A stretch of 64,000 nucleotides of DNA. Origin: Trypanosoma brucei (Eukaryota). The stretch is from NCBI GenBank assembly GCA_000002445.1, contig CP000069.1, forward strand, positions 608,001 through 672,000, given 5' to 3'. A program made the translations under genes and the position numbers. How positions within the stretch are numbered: the stretch's first letter is position 1; each line of letters begins with the position of its first letter. The notes beneath the pieces are model-generated. The model had not been told where the DNA came from. It made no database searches and worked only from the letters and a program-made list of their open reading frames with translations. Shown here piece after piece: positions 62,332 through 64,000 of this stretch.

Positions 62332-62663
62332 CTTCGGTCCTGTTAACCTACGTGAGTGCCCTACAAACAGGGGGTACGAGGGACAAAAGTGAATAGAAGT
62401 ATAAGATGAAAATAGATTCTGTAGGCTGCGGCTCTAACTCAGCATATAGACTCCTCTTTTGTTCCTCATTAGTGCTGTGAGTTGAACCGAACAAAGAGTT
62501 GTCCTCCGCTTCAACGTGCCATCCCCCCCCCCCCCCCACAGAACACCAAGGGTTGATATAAATTAAAGCCACAACCCTTGGATACTCCATTATGTGGCAA
62601 CACTCATAGAACATTGAAAATACTTAATCAGTGCCGAATCGTATACTCCATTGTTCACCGACA

Positions 62664-63965
62664 CTACACGATTTTATCAACTGGAAGAACGATGCCACGC
62701 TCGTTGGCTCCCTCCTCCCTTCCCGCCCCTTCGCGCAACATTTTAACCCGAACCTCACCCCGGGCCCACTCATCAGGGGCCACCAAGACGGCACGCAGGG
62801 CTCCTATGCGGTCCGCGTAATTAAATGCTTGGACAACCTTTTTCTTATCGAAAACGATATCGGCGCTTCGACCGGCGTCGCGCAACCGACGAAGGATGCT
62901 GAGGGCATGCGGCCGCATGGTCTCGTCGAAGGGAATCACAAGGTCGTCCACCACATGGTGTAATTCTGGCAACAGTTTCTTCTCATTCAGAAGTTCAACA
63001 ATAACGCAATCACCAAAGCCAAAGCCCACACAAGGCACCGCCGTCGGACTCCCGTACGTTGTCAGCAAGTTATCGTAACGACCACCACCACACAGTGCAC
63101 GAAAATTTCCATCGCGGTCAAAGCCCTCGAATACTATTCCAGTATAATAGGCAAGACCACGAACAACGCTAGCGTCGAAAATGACCCAGTCGCCAAAACC
63201 GTAAGCTTCGATCTGTGTAATAAAGTCTCTCAGTTCCCTCACTGCCTCATGCTCCTCACCGATGCGTTGCGCGATTTCATCAATGGTCTTAAGACTAAGA
63301 GTTGACGTAATGGCATCAACCACGTTGCTTTCAAGTCCAATGGCGGCGAGCTGTGCAACAACTTCCTCCCGCGGTAGTTTCTCCATCTTGTCGACGATAA
63401 CACACACAGGAGCGAACTTGTCGGCTGATACGCCGGCTTGCTCCACCACCGTCTGTAATATCTTGCGCGAGTTGATCTTAACACCAACATCTTTAGAGGA
63501 CAATCCCAAACTTTGCATAGCTGTACATGCAGCACACACCAACTCCACCTCTGACGAAACCGATTTGACACCTATAATGTCCATGTTCCACTGATAGTGT
63601 TCCCGACGACGCCCACGAGTAATTGCCTCATACCGCCAGCATTGAGGAATGGAGTACCACTTCGCTGGTAGCAACAGGGACCGACCCTTAGCAAGCAGTT
63701 GTCGTGCAAGTGATGGTGTCATCTCGGGGCGCAGAGCCACACGATGACCACCTTTCGTTATAAAGTTAAACATTTGCTCTGTAATCTCTTCCCCAGCTTT
63801 GCGGATGTACAGTTCCTCTGATTCCAAGACAGGCGAATCGTATTCCTCAAAACCAAACTTTCTCGCTGTGCTGTGGAATACATCAAAGAGATACTTGCGC
63901 AGACGCATTGTTTCAGGGGGGAAGTCCCGACAGCCTTGCACCGGCTCTGTCTCCACCATGTTCAT
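62664..63965 (-). CDS. HisRS: Histidyl-tRNA synthetase (class IIa)
   Basis: '[17 protein letters not shown]' (HisA motif), '[31 protein letters not shown]' (class II motif 2), '[12 protein letters not shown]' (GGRYD HisRS signature), '[11 protein letters not shown]' (motif 3). C-terminal anticodon-binding domain. Confidence 0.9.
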   Translation of the reverse strand: MNMVETEPVQGCRDFPPETMRLRKYLFDVFHSTARKFGFEEYDSPVLESEELYIRKAGEEITEQMFNFITKGGHRVALRPEMTPSLARQLLAKGRSLLLPAKWYSIPQCWRYEAITRGRRREHYQWNMDIIGVKSVSSEVELVCAACTAMQSLGLSSKDVGVKINSRKILQTVVEQAGVSADKFAPVCVIVDKMEKLPREEVVAQLAAIGLESNVVDAITSTLSLKTIDEIAQRIGEEHEAVRELRDFITQIEAYGFGDWVIFDASVVRGLAYYTGIVFEGFDRDGNFRALCGGGRYDNLLTTYGSPTAVPCVGFGFGDCVIVELLNEKKLLPELHHVVDDLVIPFDETMRPHALSILRRLRDAGRSADIVFDKKKVVQAFNYADRIGALRAVLVAPDEWARGEVRVKMLREGAGREEGANERGIVLPVDKIV

Positions 63966-64000
63966 TTGGCTCTTCTTCTTTGATTTCTTAGAAAGCGACC

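Noticed and set aside
1-64000. Interpreting the window as prokaryotic (operons, sigma-70 promoters, rho-independent terminators, CRISPR, defence islands)
   Set aside because: The gene content is unmistakably eukaryotic (CBP20, SF3B2, BBS2, bystin, WDR33, ALG13/14). Spacers are kilobase-scale and microsatellite-rich. The only tandem repeat has 1.07-kb units with no spacer/repeat CRISPR structure. Kinetoplastid pol II units lack gene-specific promoters, so I called none.

Overview
This window is eukaryotic, not prokaryotic. Its organisation matches a trypanosomatid (kinetoplastid) chromosome-internal region, most likely Trypanosoma brucei (about 45-50% GC, CA/GT/TA microsatellites, purine- or pyrimidine-skewed intergenic spacers, no introns). 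All 23 credible protein-coding genes lie on the minus strand, so the window is one RNA-polymerase-II polycistronic transcription unit read from high to low coordinates. Genes I recognise by conserved motifs are: PFS2/WDR33-like WD40, DAGK-like lipid kinase, quiescin sulfhydryl oxidase, a mitochondrial RRF-like protein, an eIF4E with a long N-terminal extension, AspRS, bystin, a fused ALG14-ALG13 UDP-GlcNAc transferase, CBP20, an LMBR1-like membrane protein, SF3b2/SAP145, BBS2, an STE11-like kinase, a cytochrome-b5/b5-reductase fusion, RRS1 and HisRS. The co-occurrence of QSOX, eIF4E, AspRS, CBP20 and HisRS in this order agrees with my recollection of T. brucei chromosome 6, but I cannot confirm that here. 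Two regions are not explained by protein coding. The first (5402-11150) is a near-identical 1.07-kb unit tandemly repeated about 5.4 times, carrying repeated C-box (RUGAUGA) and D-box (CUGA) pairs only on the minus strand; I read it as a tandem snoRNA gene cluster co-transcribed with the flanking genes. The second (about 50100-56200) is a 6.1-kb ORF-free, low-complexity block made of alternating polypurine and polypyrimidine segments between BBS2 and the kinase gene; it may be a giant 3'UTR or an unannotated non-coding transcript. A perfect 21-bp hairpin (26 bp with a 2-nt bulge) sits immediately 3' of one membrane-protein gene. I found no prokaryote-style promoters, operons, CRISPR arrays or classical mobile elements.
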